Shown here piece by piece: positions 17,887 to 27,955 of a stretch of 64,000 nt of DNA. Origin of the DNA: an uncultured Chloroflexia bacterium (GTDB lineage: Bacteria > Chloroflexota > Anaerolineae > CG2-30-64-16); the NCBI GenBank assembly GCA_963774265.1, contig CAVZDU010000001.1, positions 352,001 through 416,000 on the forward strand, written 5' to 3'. Every line of letters starts with the position of its first letter. The stretch's first letter is position 1. The notes beneath the pieces were generated by a model. The model did not search any database and was not told the origin of the DNA. It worked only from the letters and a program-made list of their open reading frames with translations. A program made the translations under genes and the position numbers.

Positions 17887-20184
17887 CTAGCTCGCGACAA
17901 CCTGCCGCCCGATGCCGAACACAAACGCATCGTACGCTCGTTTGGTCTTGGCATAGTTGCCATTGCGATCGAGCGCGATGCCTCTCCCAACGCCCGAAAC
18001 GATTTGCCCGATGCCGATCTCGGCCACCCGGCGTCCCAGTTTCTCCAACAGCGCGGGCGCACTCCCCGGCTCAGTGCTGCGGCCGTCAAAGATCACATGC
18101 ACGTAGACGTCGTTCAAGCCATACGCCTTGGCCATGCGCAGTAGCGCCAGCGGATAGTCAATCGAGCCATGTGAGCTTCTTTCCGAGAGCAGGCCGATCA
18201 GGTGCAGGCTGGCCCCGCGCTGCCGGACGTCCGCTATGGTGCGCAACAAAACCTCGTTGGTGTAGAACGAGCCATCCTGCATCGCCAGGCCTAGCCGCAC
18301 GTCGTCCTGCAGCACCACGCGGCCCGCGCCGATGTTCATGTGACCGGCCTCTGAATTGCCTGGCTTGTCCGCCTGCAGTCCCGCCGCCTCGCCAGCAGCC
18401 TGCAACTGGGCAAGTCCATAGCGCTGCGTCAGTGCGTCCCAGGTCGGCGTCGCTGCGAGCCAGATCGGATTATTCTCGTCCTCCTTGCCGATACCCCAGC
18501 CGTCGAGGATGATGAGCAGCACGCGGCGCGCCCCTCCCCAGTCATGCTCGAGCGCCAGACTTGCGCCATCCATCGTTTGCGGCTGCGGGATGCCGAGCGC
18601 ATGCAGTACGGTCGGCGCGATGTCGGCCAGCTTGCCATTGCGCAGGCGCACGAGCGACGGCCCAGCCGGATCCAGCAGGAGGAACGGCACGGGGTTGGCC
18701 GTGTGCGCGACGTGGGGCGTGCCGTCAGGGGTGGTCAGCTCTTCCAGGTTGCCGTGGTCGGCGGTCACGAGGACGACATAGCCAGCGGCGAGCGCGGCGT
18801 CCACCACCTGCCCCAGCCGCGTATCTACGGCCTCGGCGCACGCGAGCTTGGCGGCGCGGTTAGCCGTGTGGCCGATAACGTCGCCGTTGGCGAAGTTAGT
18901 TACGATCAGATCGTAGTGATCGGCGATGCCGAGCGCCACCCCGGCGGAGACCTCCGCCAGGCTCAGCTCCGGCGCCTGTTCAAAGGGAATCCTGGTGGGC
19001 GAAGGGATGCAGACATCGTGCTCGCCGAAGAATGGCTGGCTATTCCCGCCGTTGAAGAAAAACGTGACGTGTGCGAATTTCTCCGATTCGGCGATACGCA
19101 GTTGGCGCAGACCGGCGCGGGCCACAGCCTCTCCCAGGGTGTCCCTGATCTTCGTCGGTGCGAAGGCCACCGGCAGGTCCTTGAATTTCTCGTGGTAGAG
19201 CGTCAGGATGACGAAGGGGAGGTTGCTGAAATCGCGGCGCGGAAAGCGATCGAACCCCCGCTCGGTGAATGCCTCGGTCAACTGGATCTGGCGTTCGCCT
19301 CGCCTGCAGCAAAAGATCACAGCGTCGCCATCCTCAATCCGGCCAATCGGGGCGCCCTGCGCGTCCACCAGAACCAACGGTTCGAGGGCGTAATCGGTTT
19401 CGCCCTCGCGATACAACTCCCTCACTCCCTCGGCCAGAGCAACAGCGTCGGACGGCACAGGACGTGACGGGAAGATCTCCAGCAGGTCGCTGAGCTTGTG
19501 GATGATGAGATCGGGCCGGTCTTCGTCCGGGACAGGTGCGTCGCGGTCGTCGGGACTCGCCAGGATGATCACACTCCCGAAGCCGGCCTTGCGTGTCCCG
19601 AGGACATCCCGGGCGGTGTTATCGCCTACGTAGGCGCATCGCGCCGGATCAACGCCAGCCAACCGCGCGGCTTCCTGGTAAATGGCCGGGTCCGGTTTGC
19701 GCTTCCCGAAGACGGACGAGAGGATGACCGACTTGAAATAGGGGGCAAGTCCGTCGGCCTCAAGCCAGTCGGGGATCTCCCGGCTGGTGATGACGTTGCT
19801 GATGATCCCCAGAATGTAGCCGCGGCGGTGCAGCTCGAGGATGACTTGCCGGGCATCTTCCTGCACCACCCGCCGCCCCATGGTCTGGCGGTACTGGTAG
19901 GTCAGCTCAACCGCCAGCCCCGCGATCTCGTCGTCCGGATAATCGGGCAGCAGCCAGCGCGTCCACAGCTCGGCTTCAGGGGCTTCGATCAAGTGCTCGG
20001 TCGCCCACTTTCGGTAGACCTGGTAGTGCCGGTCAATCTCCTGGCAGAAGGTCTCGGGGTCTACGTGAGTCCCGACCAGCGTGGCGATCTGCTGCCGCGC
20101 CCGCGCCTGATGCGCCTCGTCTTTCAAGAGGATGCGCAAGGTATTGCCGAGGTCCAGGAAAACGGCATCAATCTCAGGAGTCAT
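17887..20184 (-). CDS. Fusion of a HAD-IA hydrolase and a circularly permuted GpmI-type (iPGM) phosphomutase
   Basis: HAD motifs (FLDLGNTL, ISN, KPDP, YVGD..D), then the GpmI C-half (GETD..DGDAVIF, AESEKFAHVTFFFNGG, NFANGDVIGH, TADHGN, AHTANPVP, LADIAPT), then the GpmI N-half (LIILDGWG, GNSEAGHMNIGAGR, LHLIGLLS, FDGR, GR..DR). Confidence 0.9.
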   Translation of the reverse strand: MTPEIDAVFLDLGNTLRILLKDEAHQARARQQIATLVGTHVDPETFCQEIDRHYQVYRKWATEHLIEAPEAELWTRWLLPDYPDDEIAGLAVELTYQYRQTMGRRVVQEDARQVILELHRRGYILGIISNVITSREIPDWLEADGLAPYFKSVILSSVFGKRKPDPAIYQEAARLAGVDPARCAYVGDNTARDVLGTRKAGFGSVIILASPDDRDAPVPDEDRPDLIIHKLSDLLEIFPSRPVPSDAVALAEGVRELYREGETDYALEPLVLVDAQGAPIGRIEDGDAVIFCCRRGERQIQLTEAFTERGFDRFPRRDFSNLPFVILTLYHEKFKDLPVAFAPTKIRDTLGEAVARAGLRQLRIAESEKFAHVTFFFNGGNSQPFFGEHDVCIPSPTRIPFEQAPELSLAEVSAGVALGIADHYDLIVTNFANGDVIGHTANRAAKLACAEAVDTRLGQVVDAALAAGYVVLVTADHGNLEELTTPDGTPHVAHTANPVPFLLLDPAGPSLVRLRNGKLADIAPTVLHALGIPQPQTMDGASLALEHDWGGARRVLLIILDGWGIGKEDENNPIWLAATPTWDALTQRYGLAQLQAAGEAAGLQADKPGNSEAGHMNIGAGRVVLQDDVRLGLAMQDGSFYTNEVLLRTIADVRQRGASLHLIGLLSERSSHGSIDYPLALLRMAKAYGLNDVYVHVIFDGRSTEPGSAPALLEKLGRRVAEIGIGQIVSGVGRGIALDRNGNYAKTKRAYDAFVFGIGRQVVAS

Positions 20185-21604
20185 TGACCCTCAGTGGGAA
20201 GATATCCAGCAGCTCGCGGCACGAGCGAATGATCACGTCGGGCATGTTGTCGCCGGTGGGAGGCTCCCTCTTCTTCTTGGCCTCATCCATCAGGATGATG
20301 ATCATCCCGAAGCCGGCCCGCCGGGTGCCCTCGACATCACGAAGTGGATTGTCACCGACATAGACGCATCGCGCCGGCTCGACGCCGATCCGCCGCGCGG
20401 CCTCCCAGTAGATCTCGGGCCCAGGTTTCCGGTTTCTGACCTTGGACGATAGCACCACCGCCTGGAAGTAGCCGGTGAGGCCGTCGGATTCGATCCAATC
20501 CGGGATCTCGGTCTCGGTGATGGTATTGGCGATGATCCCCAGGCGGTAGCCGCGCCGGTTCAACTCCAATACGGTTTCTTTTACGTCAGGCCGCGGGACG
20601 CGCCGCCCATCGTGATCGCGCCACAGTCTCGTGAGCTTTCCTGCCAGAGGGCCGATCTTCGCGGCCGGGAAATCGGGCAGCATGAAACGGGTCCACAATT
20701 CTTTCTCGGATGCTTCGGTCAGGGTCTCAAAAGACCACTTTCGGTAGGCTTTCCATCGTTCATCCAACTGTGCGAAGAACGTCGTCTCGGGGGTTTCTTG
20801 CGCTCCCACCAAAGACCTGAGCTGCTGCCTGGCCTCAGCCTGAAACGTCGCGTCTTCCACCACGATGCGCAGGGTGTTGCCGACGTCTAAAAAGATGGCT
20901 TCGATGTCCGGAATTCTCGCCGCAGCCTGTGGCGCTGCTGGTCGCTCGAATATGGGAACGTCAAGCAGGTCCGGCAGCGTCTCGGCGTAATAGTCAGCCC
21001 TGGCTTGCGGGTCGTATCGCACCGCCACGGTGGCCAGCCCTACTTGTTTGGCCCCCTCAAGCTCCCTGGCATCATGACCTACGAAGGCCGATTCAACCAC
21101 CGAGAGCCGCGCTTGCTGGACTGCGTTCAGGAAGATGGCAGGATCTGGTTTGCGCACGCCCAATGTTGAGGAGCACGCCACGACATCGATATATTCGGCA
21201 ACCCCTACTTGCTCAAGCCAATCCATTTTCTGTTCGAGCGGATAGATTGTGTCTGTGACAATGCCCAATAGAAAGCCGCGCCGCTTCAGCACCGCCAAGG
21301 TCTCTGGGCCACCCGGGACCGCGCGCACTGCGTTCGCGTGCGCCAGGATCTTCGCGACCAGCGCTGCGCGCTCTTCCGATCTGTCCACGCGATGGGTCCG
21401 GAGTACCTGGTCCCAATAGGCGACGGGATCGACGAAGCCCACGTTCGCACCTTGGTACATACTCTCGAGGAGCGCCTTATCCTCGGCAGAGAGGGGACCT
21501 GCGTAGCCCGCTTCCATGAGGATGCGGGCAGCGGCGTCATCCGTCCGTTCATCCCGCTCATAAAACACATCGGCTGCATCGAAGAAAATGCCTTTGATCG
21601 CCAT
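20174..21604 (-). CDS. Tandem two-domain HAD-IA hydrolase
   Basis: Domain 1 FFDAADVF..KPDP..FVGHD; domain 2 FLDVGNTL..KPGP..YVGDNPLRD. Start ATG 21604 after GAGG. Confidence 0.85.
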   Translation of the reverse strand: MAIKGIFFDAADVFYERDERTDDAAARILMEAGYAGPLSAEDKALLESMYQGANVGFVDPVAYWDQVLRTHRVDRSEERAALVAKILAHANAVRAVPGGPETLAVLKRRGFLLGIVTDTIYPLEQKMDWLEQVGVAEYIDVVACSSTLGVRKPDPAIFLNAVQQARLSVVESAFVGHDARELEGAKQVGLATVAVRYDPQARADYYAETLPDLLDVPIFERPAAPQAAARIPDIEAIFLDVGNTLRIVVEDATFQAEARQQLRSLVGAQETPETTFFAQLDERWKAYRKWSFETLTEASEKELWTRFMLPDFPAAKIGPLAGKLTRLWRDHDGRRVPRPDVKETVLELNRRGYRLGIIANTITETEIPDWIESDGLTGYFQAVVLSSKVRNRKPGPEIYWEAARRIGVEPARCVYVGDNPLRDVEGTRRAGFGMIIILMDEAKKKREPPTGDNMPDVIIRSCRELLDIFPLRVNDS

Positions 21605-21667
21605 CTCAATCGCCTCTTGCCATCCACCCCGGATGATGGATCGCCGTGCGGGCACTAGCACCCGTCG

Positions 21668-22432
21668 TTAGTGGTCTGTGGTCGACAGGGTTAGGGCCGC
21701 CACGACTTCCATAAGATCGTGAATTACGTGGTCCGGCGGTTCGGTGTCCGTTTCCCGGTCCAGTTTGTCGGTGAGAAACGACTTGATCAGAATCACAAGC
21801 CCATAACCGGCGCGACGCGCGCCGCTCACGTCCCGCGACACAGTGTCGCCCACGTAGGCGCATTCGATCGGCAGCAGTCCCAGCAGCCGGGCCGTTTCGA
21901 GGAAGATGTGCGGGTTGGGCTTGCGCCAGCCGAAGTTCGAGCTTGTCACGACGGGATCGAAGAAATGAGCGATGCCGTACTCGGCCAGTTTCACCTGTAC
22001 CATCCGGCGGCTGATGATGTTGGAAATCACCGATAGTCGCAAGCCGCGTTCGCGCAACGCCTCCAGAGCGACAGGCGCTTCCGGCCGCAGGGTGCGAATA
22101 TAGAAATGTGTCTCGTAGAAGAACGTGAGGTCTTCGGCGGCTTCCAGGAGACGATCTCTGGGCAGGCCGTGATCGGGAAAGATGTATTCCGTCCAGACCT
22201 GCCCCGGTGAGAGTTCGACCTCGCTAATCTCGCGCCAGCTTGTGTATGCCTTCATACCGGAAAGGACCGTCGCCTGCAATTCGGGCAGCGACAGATCCGG
22301 AGCGAGGCCCATCGCCGCCAGCAGTCGCTTCAACCCGCACGTGGCTTCGGTGCGCGTCGCATCATCGTAATACAGGTTTTCGAGCGTGCCGCCCAGGTCA
22401 AAGACGACGGCCTGGATGGGGTGGATCGCCAT
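21668..22432 (-). CDS. HAD-IA hydrolase
   Basis: VFDLGGTL, VISN, RKPNP, YVGDTVSRD. Confidence 0.85.
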   Translation of the reverse strand: MAIHPIQAVVFDLGGTLENLYYDDATRTEATCGLKRLLAAMGLAPDLSLPELQATVLSGMKAYTSWREISEVELSPGQVWTEYIFPDHGLPRDRLLEAAEDLTFFYETHFYIRTLRPEAPVALEALRERGLRLSVISNIISRRMVQVKLAEYGIAHFFDPVVTSSNFGWRKPNPHIFLETARLLGLLPIECAYVGDTVSRDVSGARRAGYGLVILIKSFLTDKLDRETDTEPPDHVIHDLMEVVAALTLSTTDH

Positions 22433-22536
22433 GTTCAGATAGTCCTCTTTCAGAGGTGAGTTCTAAGCAGGGTCTCTGGACACAGAACATGGTGCGTCCG
22501 TGTCCAGAGAAGCTCATTTTCGGGGCCGTCCCACTC

Positions 22537-23868
22537 CTACGGAGCGGTAAGCAGACTCACTGCCCAGAAGTCGCGTATTTGGCTGTTGTTCTTATACGCG
22601 AATAGATCATCGCTCGGCCAGAGCGAGACTTCAGATAGCGGAGGCATGCCTTCGGCAACGGTAAGGCCTTCGGCCGGTGGGTAGACACCGATCTTGTTCC
22701 AGGGATCGAAACCATCCTCCGAGAGAGCGAATTTGATGAACAGTTTGGCAGCATTGGGGTGCGCAGACTTGTTGGCAATGGCCAGATAGTTGGCTTTCAA
22801 CACACCGCTCACTGGTTTGAGAGTGAGACAGGGCGCCATGGCCAATTCTCCATCCATCGTAGTCTCATAGCTGTCCCAACCGGTCCAGCCATACCCGGGT
22901 TCCACTGCTTTGTCCATGCCCAGCGTGGCATAGGCCGCGTCGACCTCATCGCCGCCGGGCTGGATGCCGGGTTTGTTCTGGGCCAGCTTCTTCAGGAACA
23001 GGTAACCTGCATTGGAGACGTCCTTGCTATACGCGGGGTCGGTGGTCCAGTCTTTGCCGTAGAATTCCTGGTAGTTCGCGGCCATTTGATCGGCGTGTTC
23101 TACGATCAGGGCGATCTTGGCTGTGGTGCTGGAATCAGCGATGGGATCCTCCATGTAGAACTTGCCCTTTAGTTTCGGTTCGGTCAGCTCCCACCAGCTC
23201 TTGAGCGGGCAGCCGTCCGGGTTGATCTCCTGGTTGTAGCCTATGACATCCGCTGCGCGGCGCGAAAGCGCATACGGCCGTTCTGGGGTCACCTCCTTTT
23301 CCACCACACCCGGGGGGAGGTACCACCAGATCCATTGATTGGGCATAAACTCGCCGTACAGCAGATGCCCGTCGCTGTTGAACCAGACATCCCCGACGAC
23401 GTTCCCGGCTTCCTGCTCTGCCTGCATCTTGACGGCGATGTCATCGGTGTCACCACCCTCCAGTGCGATGTCGGGGTACAGCTCATGCCATTTGTCGAGT
23501 AGCTTCTCAAACTTGGAAGAGTTGGCGTAGACAACCACTTTCCCTTCCTTCTTTGCTGCCGCTTCGACGGCCGCCCAGTCCTCCTCGGCGGGCTGATACG
23601 GTCCCAGGCCATTTGCTTTCGCCCATTCCTCCGCAGCAGTGAGAGTGGGTCCTGGTACGGCGGTCGGCGGGGCTGCGGTCGGCGGGGCTACGGTTGGCGG
23701 TACGGCGGTCGGCGCCGGGGCCGCGGGAGCAGCGGTCGGCGGCACGGCGGTGGGCGGCACGACGGTCGGCGCCGGGGCCGCGGGAGCAGCGGTCGGCGCC
23801 GGGGAGGCGCAGGCCGCCAACAAGGTGATAAGCAAGAATGCGAGAGTAATCCTACTGAACCCTTTCAT
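22537..23868 (-). CDS. ABC substrate-binding lipoprotein (Fe3+/AfuA/thiamine-type class) with Pro-Ala-Thr linker
   Basis: Lipobox LLAAC, repeated PPTAV/APTAA linker, AAAKKEGKVVVY, SWWELTEPKLKGK, HPNAAKLFIKF. Confidence 0.85.
   Translation of the reverse strand: MKGFSRITLAFLLITLLAACASPAPTAAPAAPAPTVVPPTAVPPTAAPAAPAPTAVPPTVAPPTAAPPTAVPGPTLTAAEEWAKANGLGPYQPAEEDWAAVEAAAKKEGKVVVYANSSKFEKLLDKWHELYPDIALEGGDTDDIAVKMQAEQEAGNVVGDVWFNSDGHLLYGEFMPNQWIWWYLPPGVVEKEVTPERPYALSRRAADVIGYNQEINPDGCPLKSWWELTEPKLKGKFYMEDPIADSSTTAKIALIVEHADQMAANYQEFYGKDWTTDPAYSKDVSNAGYLFLKKLAQNKPGIQPGGDEVDAAYATLGMDKAVEPGYGWTGWDSYETTMDGELAMAPCLTLKPVSGVLKANYLAIANKSAHPNAAKLFIKFALSEDGFDPWNKIGVYPPAEGLTVAEGMPPLSEVSLWPSDDLFAYKNNSQIRDFWAVSLLTAP
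23650..23805 (-). repeat. 15-bp-period and ~60-bp duplicated repeats encoding the PAT-rich linker
   Basis: GCGGTCGGCGG units. CGGTCGGCGCCGGGGCCGCGGGAGCAGCGGTCGGCG occurs twice. Confidence 0.7.
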
Positions 23869-23971
23869 GTCTCCTCCTGGTTACCAGAGAATAGGTTGTC
23901 CACAGGACGCGTGATCGATCGAGGGCCGACGCTTCATCTGAGATTGGGTTGTTCAATAACTCCTCCTTTGG

Positions 23972-25055
23972 TCATGGCGAAATCAGATCGCCGCTCGCTT
24001 TGTCGTACAGGTTCAGAGTCGCGGGGTCGAAGCTCAGCCAGATCCGCTCATCCATCTTGGTCTTGCTGATGCCCATTACTTTGACTGTGACCTCAGTGTT
24101 TTCCAGGCGCGCTGATGATGGTTGAGTCGGCTCCCGACGGCAGAACCGAATATGCGGTAAACTCCGCAGCGCCCGGGATGGGTGTTGTCGAGATGGCGAT
24201 ATCTTCCGGCCGGGCGGCCACCACCACTTCTCCGGTCGCGTGGTGCGTGTTGAGGGTGACCTTGAATCTGCCCAAGTCGACCGAATTATGCCCATCCACG
24301 ACACCATTCAGCAGGTTCACTTTGGGGTTGCCGATAAAATCGGCCACAAACAGGTTGGCCGGATAGTGATACACGCGGTCGGGGGTGTCTAATTGCTGCA
24401 GGACGCCCTCCTTCATCACTGCAATCTGGGAAGACATGGTCAACGCTTCCACCTGGTCGTGTGTGACATAGACCGTAGTCGCCCCGGAAACATGGTGCAG
24501 GTGTTTGATTTCCGCCCGCATATCCATGCGCAAGCGTGCGTCCAGGTTGGACAGTGGCTCATCCATCAAGAAGACCTTGGGGCGGTAGGCCAGCATGCGG
24601 GCGAGAGCGATGCGCTGTTGTTGCCCGCCGCTCATCTCGCGCGGATAGCGGTCCGCGTACCCCTCCATTTGCACTTCGGCCAGGGCTTCTCTTGTCCGCT
24701 TTTCAATTTCGGCCCTGGGCTGTTTCTGGATCTCCAGCGCGAAGGTCATGTTTTTTTGGACCGTCATGTGTGGCCAGAGGGCATAGTTCTGAAAGACAAG
24801 ACCCAGGTCGCGCTTGCCGGGAGGTAGCGAGATGCCCCGCTCGCGAGAAAAGACCAGCTTGTCCCCGATAAGGATCTCTCCTCCATCTGGGTCTTCCAGG
24901 CCAGCCAGGCAGCGCAGCAAGGTCGTCTTGCCGCATCCGGAAGGGCCCAGAAGGGTCAGGAAGCTTCCGGATTCGACAGTCAGGCTGACACCATTGACAG
25001 CGACGACGCTGCCGAAACGCTTGGTGAGGTTGCGAATCATGATGGTTGTTGACAC
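23972..25055 (-). CDS. ABC ATPase (FbpC/MalK-like with TOBE domain), one frameshift near 24105
   Basis: GPSGCGKTT, MSGGQQQR, MDEPLSNLDARLR, YVTHDQ, FVADFIG. The C-terminus continues in the 23972 frame. Confidence 0.9.
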
Positions 25056-25068
25056 GGTTGCCTCTCCC

Positions 25069-26904
25069 TTACATTCCAAGACCCTTCTTAAGACTGCCGC
25101 CCCGGATTCGACTGATGAAAAAGTAACCAATTGCAACGAGCACGATCAGGATCAAGATGACAGCGTTCGCCATCTGGGCATCGCCGTTTTCGGTATAGAA
25201 CATGGTCTGGCTGGCGAGCACTTGGGTTTGTGGCGTGACCAGCAGGATGATCAAAGACAGTTCGCGCATGGTGGTGATAAACGTCAGCAGGAATCCGGCG
25301 ACAAAGCCGCTGCTGGTGAGCGGAAAGATAATGCGCCTGAAACGCTGCCAGATGTTGGCGCCGGCGACCATGCCCGCCTCCTCCAGTTCCCGGCCGACCT
25401 GCATCATGGCCGAAACCCCCGAACGGGAGGAATAGGGGATATGTTTGGCCACCGAGACTACCACCAACAGGGTGAAAGTCCCGTACAACGCTGGGATCGG
25501 CCCCAGTGGCTTAATGAACATCGCAATGTAGACTGCGCCAAAGGCAATGCCGGGGATCACGTACGGAATGAAGGCCAATTGCTCGACCAGTTTACTTAGC
25601 CGGGTACCCCGGCCTTTGACAATAGCATAGCCGAGAATAATACCCAGGAGGGCCGTGAATAAGGCCGTCCATATCGAAAGCCGGATGGAGTTCCAGGCGG
25701 TCATGTAGATTTTCGGGTTGCGCAGGACTCCAGGCTCTCCATGGTTATAAATCGTGTTGCGCGCTCCAATCCAGTGCTGTAAGGAGAGATTGCTCAGGCT
25801 GTAATTCCCATCCTGCAACATCAATGTGGAATAGACCAGAAGGCCCAACGGAACGACGATGACAAAGATCTGAAACACGATCGCGGCGATCAGCGCAACA
25901 CGTTTCATCTTTCCCAGCTTGTTCACCTGCGCAACGAAGCCTCGTCCGCCAATCGTCTCGTAGCTCTTGCGCGTCCCGACCAATCTCTGGTTGAGTCGAA
26001 TAATAGTCATAGACATTAGAACCAATACGATTGCCAGCACAAAGGCATCCGCTTTATCTCCAACGCCTATACTGCCGCGGATCATGGTGGCCACTACATA
26101 GTACCTGACCGGTGTTCCGAGGATATTTGGCCCACCGAAGGTGCCCAGCACCTTGGAAAAAGTCATGATGAAACCCGAGAGGATCGCCGGCAGGACGAGC
26201 GGGAAGGTGATCTTGCGCAGAATGCGCCAACGGCTGGCGCCCGCCAATTCTCCAGCTTCTTCCAGGTTGGAATCAATTGACATCAACGCCGCCGACACGA
26301 ACAGGAAAAAGAACGTGTAGTAGTGCAGCGCGCTGCAGATGATGATGGGCACCGGCCCGTACGATAGCCAGCTTGGGGGGCTTTGTCCCACCAGGTACTC
26401 AAAAACTCCCGACGTTCCGCCAGAAAGCCTGTTCTTGAAAAACACGAGCCAAGCCTGGGCCAGGGTCCAGGATGGCATAATGTAGGGGATCACCGCCAGT
26501 TGATTGACGAGCTTTCTGCCCGGCATATCGGTGCGGACGACCAACCAGGCCAAGGAACCGCCGATCAAAAGCGCAAGCAGGGTGGCTCCAATTGCTATGG
26601 TCATCGAATGCTGAAGCGGGGTATACATGTAGATTTTCCCGAAAACGCCCGTAAGCATCCTGACATAGTGAAAAATCGTGAGTCCGCCGACCTCAGCGTC
26701 CGGGACGCGGGTGAGATCATGAGGCTGCCAGGTCACCGTAGTCGCAACCATGCGAAACAAAGGTATGATGACCATGTAGAACATCAAGACCAGCATGATC
26801 AAGGACAGAACGACTCGGGCGCTCGTCAGCCAGCGGATGAACCTTCTGGAGGAGGCAAGGAGTCGCAACGAAAACAGTTGCCGAGACGCCGGAGTGACAG
26901 CCAT
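25069..26904 (-). CDS. ABC permease, FbpB/AfuB type (duplicated BPD_transp_1)
   Basis: Two EAA loops (LEEAGELAGAS, LEEAGMVAGAN), RTDMPGR, about 12 hydrophobic segments. Confidence 0.9.
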   Translation of the reverse strand: MAVTPASRQLFSLRLLASSRRFIRWLTSARVVLSLIMLVLMFYMVIIPLFRMVATTVTWQPHDLTRVPDAEVGGLTIFHYVRMLTGVFGKIYMYTPLQHSMTIAIGATLLALLIGGSLAWLVVRTDMPGRKLVNQLAVIPYIMPSWTLAQAWLVFFKNRLSGGTSGVFEYLVGQSPPSWLSYGPVPIIICSALHYYTFFFLFVSAALMSIDSNLEEAGELAGASRWRILRKITFPLVLPAILSGFIMTFSKVLGTFGGPNILGTPVRYYVVATMIRGSIGVGDKADAFVLAIVLVLMSMTIIRLNQRLVGTRKSYETIGGRGFVAQVNKLGKMKRVALIAAIVFQIFVIVVPLGLLVYSTLMLQDGNYSLSNLSLQHWIGARNTIYNHGEPGVLRNPKIYMTAWNSIRLSIWTALFTALLGIILGYAIVKGRGTRLSKLVEQLAFIPYVIPGIAFGAVYIAMFIKPLGPIPALYGTFTLLVVVSVAKHIPYSSRSGVSAMMQVGRELEEAGMVAGANIWQRFRRIIFPLTSSGFVAGFLLTFITTMRELSLIILLVTPQTQVLASQTMFYTENGDAQMANAVILILIVLVAIGYFFISRIRGGSLKKGLGM

Positions 26905-26923
26905 GCTTATACTCCTACGCTTG

Positions 26924-27800
26924 TCAAGTCATGCTGGGGAGTTCGAAATGATAAGCCACGCGCATTCTCTCCATCCGTTCAAGCGCGCCAAGGCTTTCCT
27001 GCGGCCGCGCCATTGCAACAGCCAGGATCAAGGCATTCACGATCGCCATCGGCACGGTCAACGAATGAAAAGTCGATACAGGTCCTCGGCGTGCGGCAAG
27101 CACTACATCCACCTTGTCTCGGAATGCCGCACCCAGGGTATCGGTGAGCAAAATACTGTGACAACCGACAGTGTGCGCGTGTTCCACCGTAGCGGCCAAC
27201 TCGGTGCTCTTGTGATGAAATCCTGTGATCACGACCGCATCTTGCGGCTGAAGCAGTTGAAGCTTTTCGACCATGTCGCGGCCCGATTCGGTGATAGCGA
27301 TGGCATCGATGCCGAAGCGCCGCAATCGAAGCTCAAGCAAATCGGCCAGGATGGCCGAGGGTCCACCGCCGCGCACAAACACCCGGCGGCCATTCAGGAC
27401 GATCTCGACCGCCCGATCGAAATCAGCCGTGGAGACGCTGCGCTCGGCCTCAGCCAGGTATTGTATTTCCATATCGAGGACTTTAGGGAGGATGTGGCCC
27501 TGGCTGCCTGAAAGCTCGGCGAGTTTATGTTGGAGCCGGGCGGCCGGGGTAACCTGACCCCGGTAAAGATCCTGGATGGCGCGCTTAAGCTTCAGGAAAG
27601 CCATCGTAGCCAATAACCTTGGCGAAGCGCACTACCGTGGCTTCGCTCATTTGGAGGCGGCGCGCGAGGTCGGCCGCGGAGAGAAACGCGGCCTCATCAT
27701 AGCTCGTTAGCAGGTAAGTAGCGATGCGCTGTTGGCTCTTGGAAAGGTCCAACATGCGCGCTTCGAGTTGACGGCGAAAACCGGCAAGTTCCTCGTCCAT
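26924..27800 (-). CDS. MurR/RpiR-family transcriptional regulator (HTH + SIS), frameshift near 27590
   Basis: LSKSQQRIATYL..SEATVVRFAKVIGYDGF, then the SIS domain in the next frame. Confidence 0.9.
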
Positions 27801-27870
27801 GAGTACTCCCGAGTCCTCAAAAGAGCTCTTGCGTGGATAATCAGGAAGCACGACCGCCAAATGATGCAAG

Positions 27871-27899
27871 ATTATACCACATATTAATTCAGAATGCAA
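27871..27899 (-). promoter_or_regulatory. Promoter of the rpiR/phospho-ester operon
   Basis: Minus strand TTGCAT, 17-bp spacer, TATAAT with an extended-10 TG. The imperfect palindrome ATGCAA-N6-TTTCAT (27894-27911) overlaps the -35. Confidence 0.7.
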
Positions 27900-27925
27900 G
27901 AGAGATTTCATGTCAGAATCTTCTC

Positions 27926-27955
27926 TTGACAACCGCGATGCCCTGGTAGTATACT
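27926..27955 (+). promoter_or_regulatory. Promoter of the lacI/iol operon
   Basis: TTGACA (27926-27931), 18-bp spacer, TATACT (27950-27955). Confidence 0.7.

Noticed and set aside
15427-20184. Two mutases as a plain glycolytic gene cluster
   Set aside because: No gap, pgk, tpi or eno is nearby, and one mutase is permuted with altered substrate motifs. ApgM alone could still be a true phosphoglycerate mutase.
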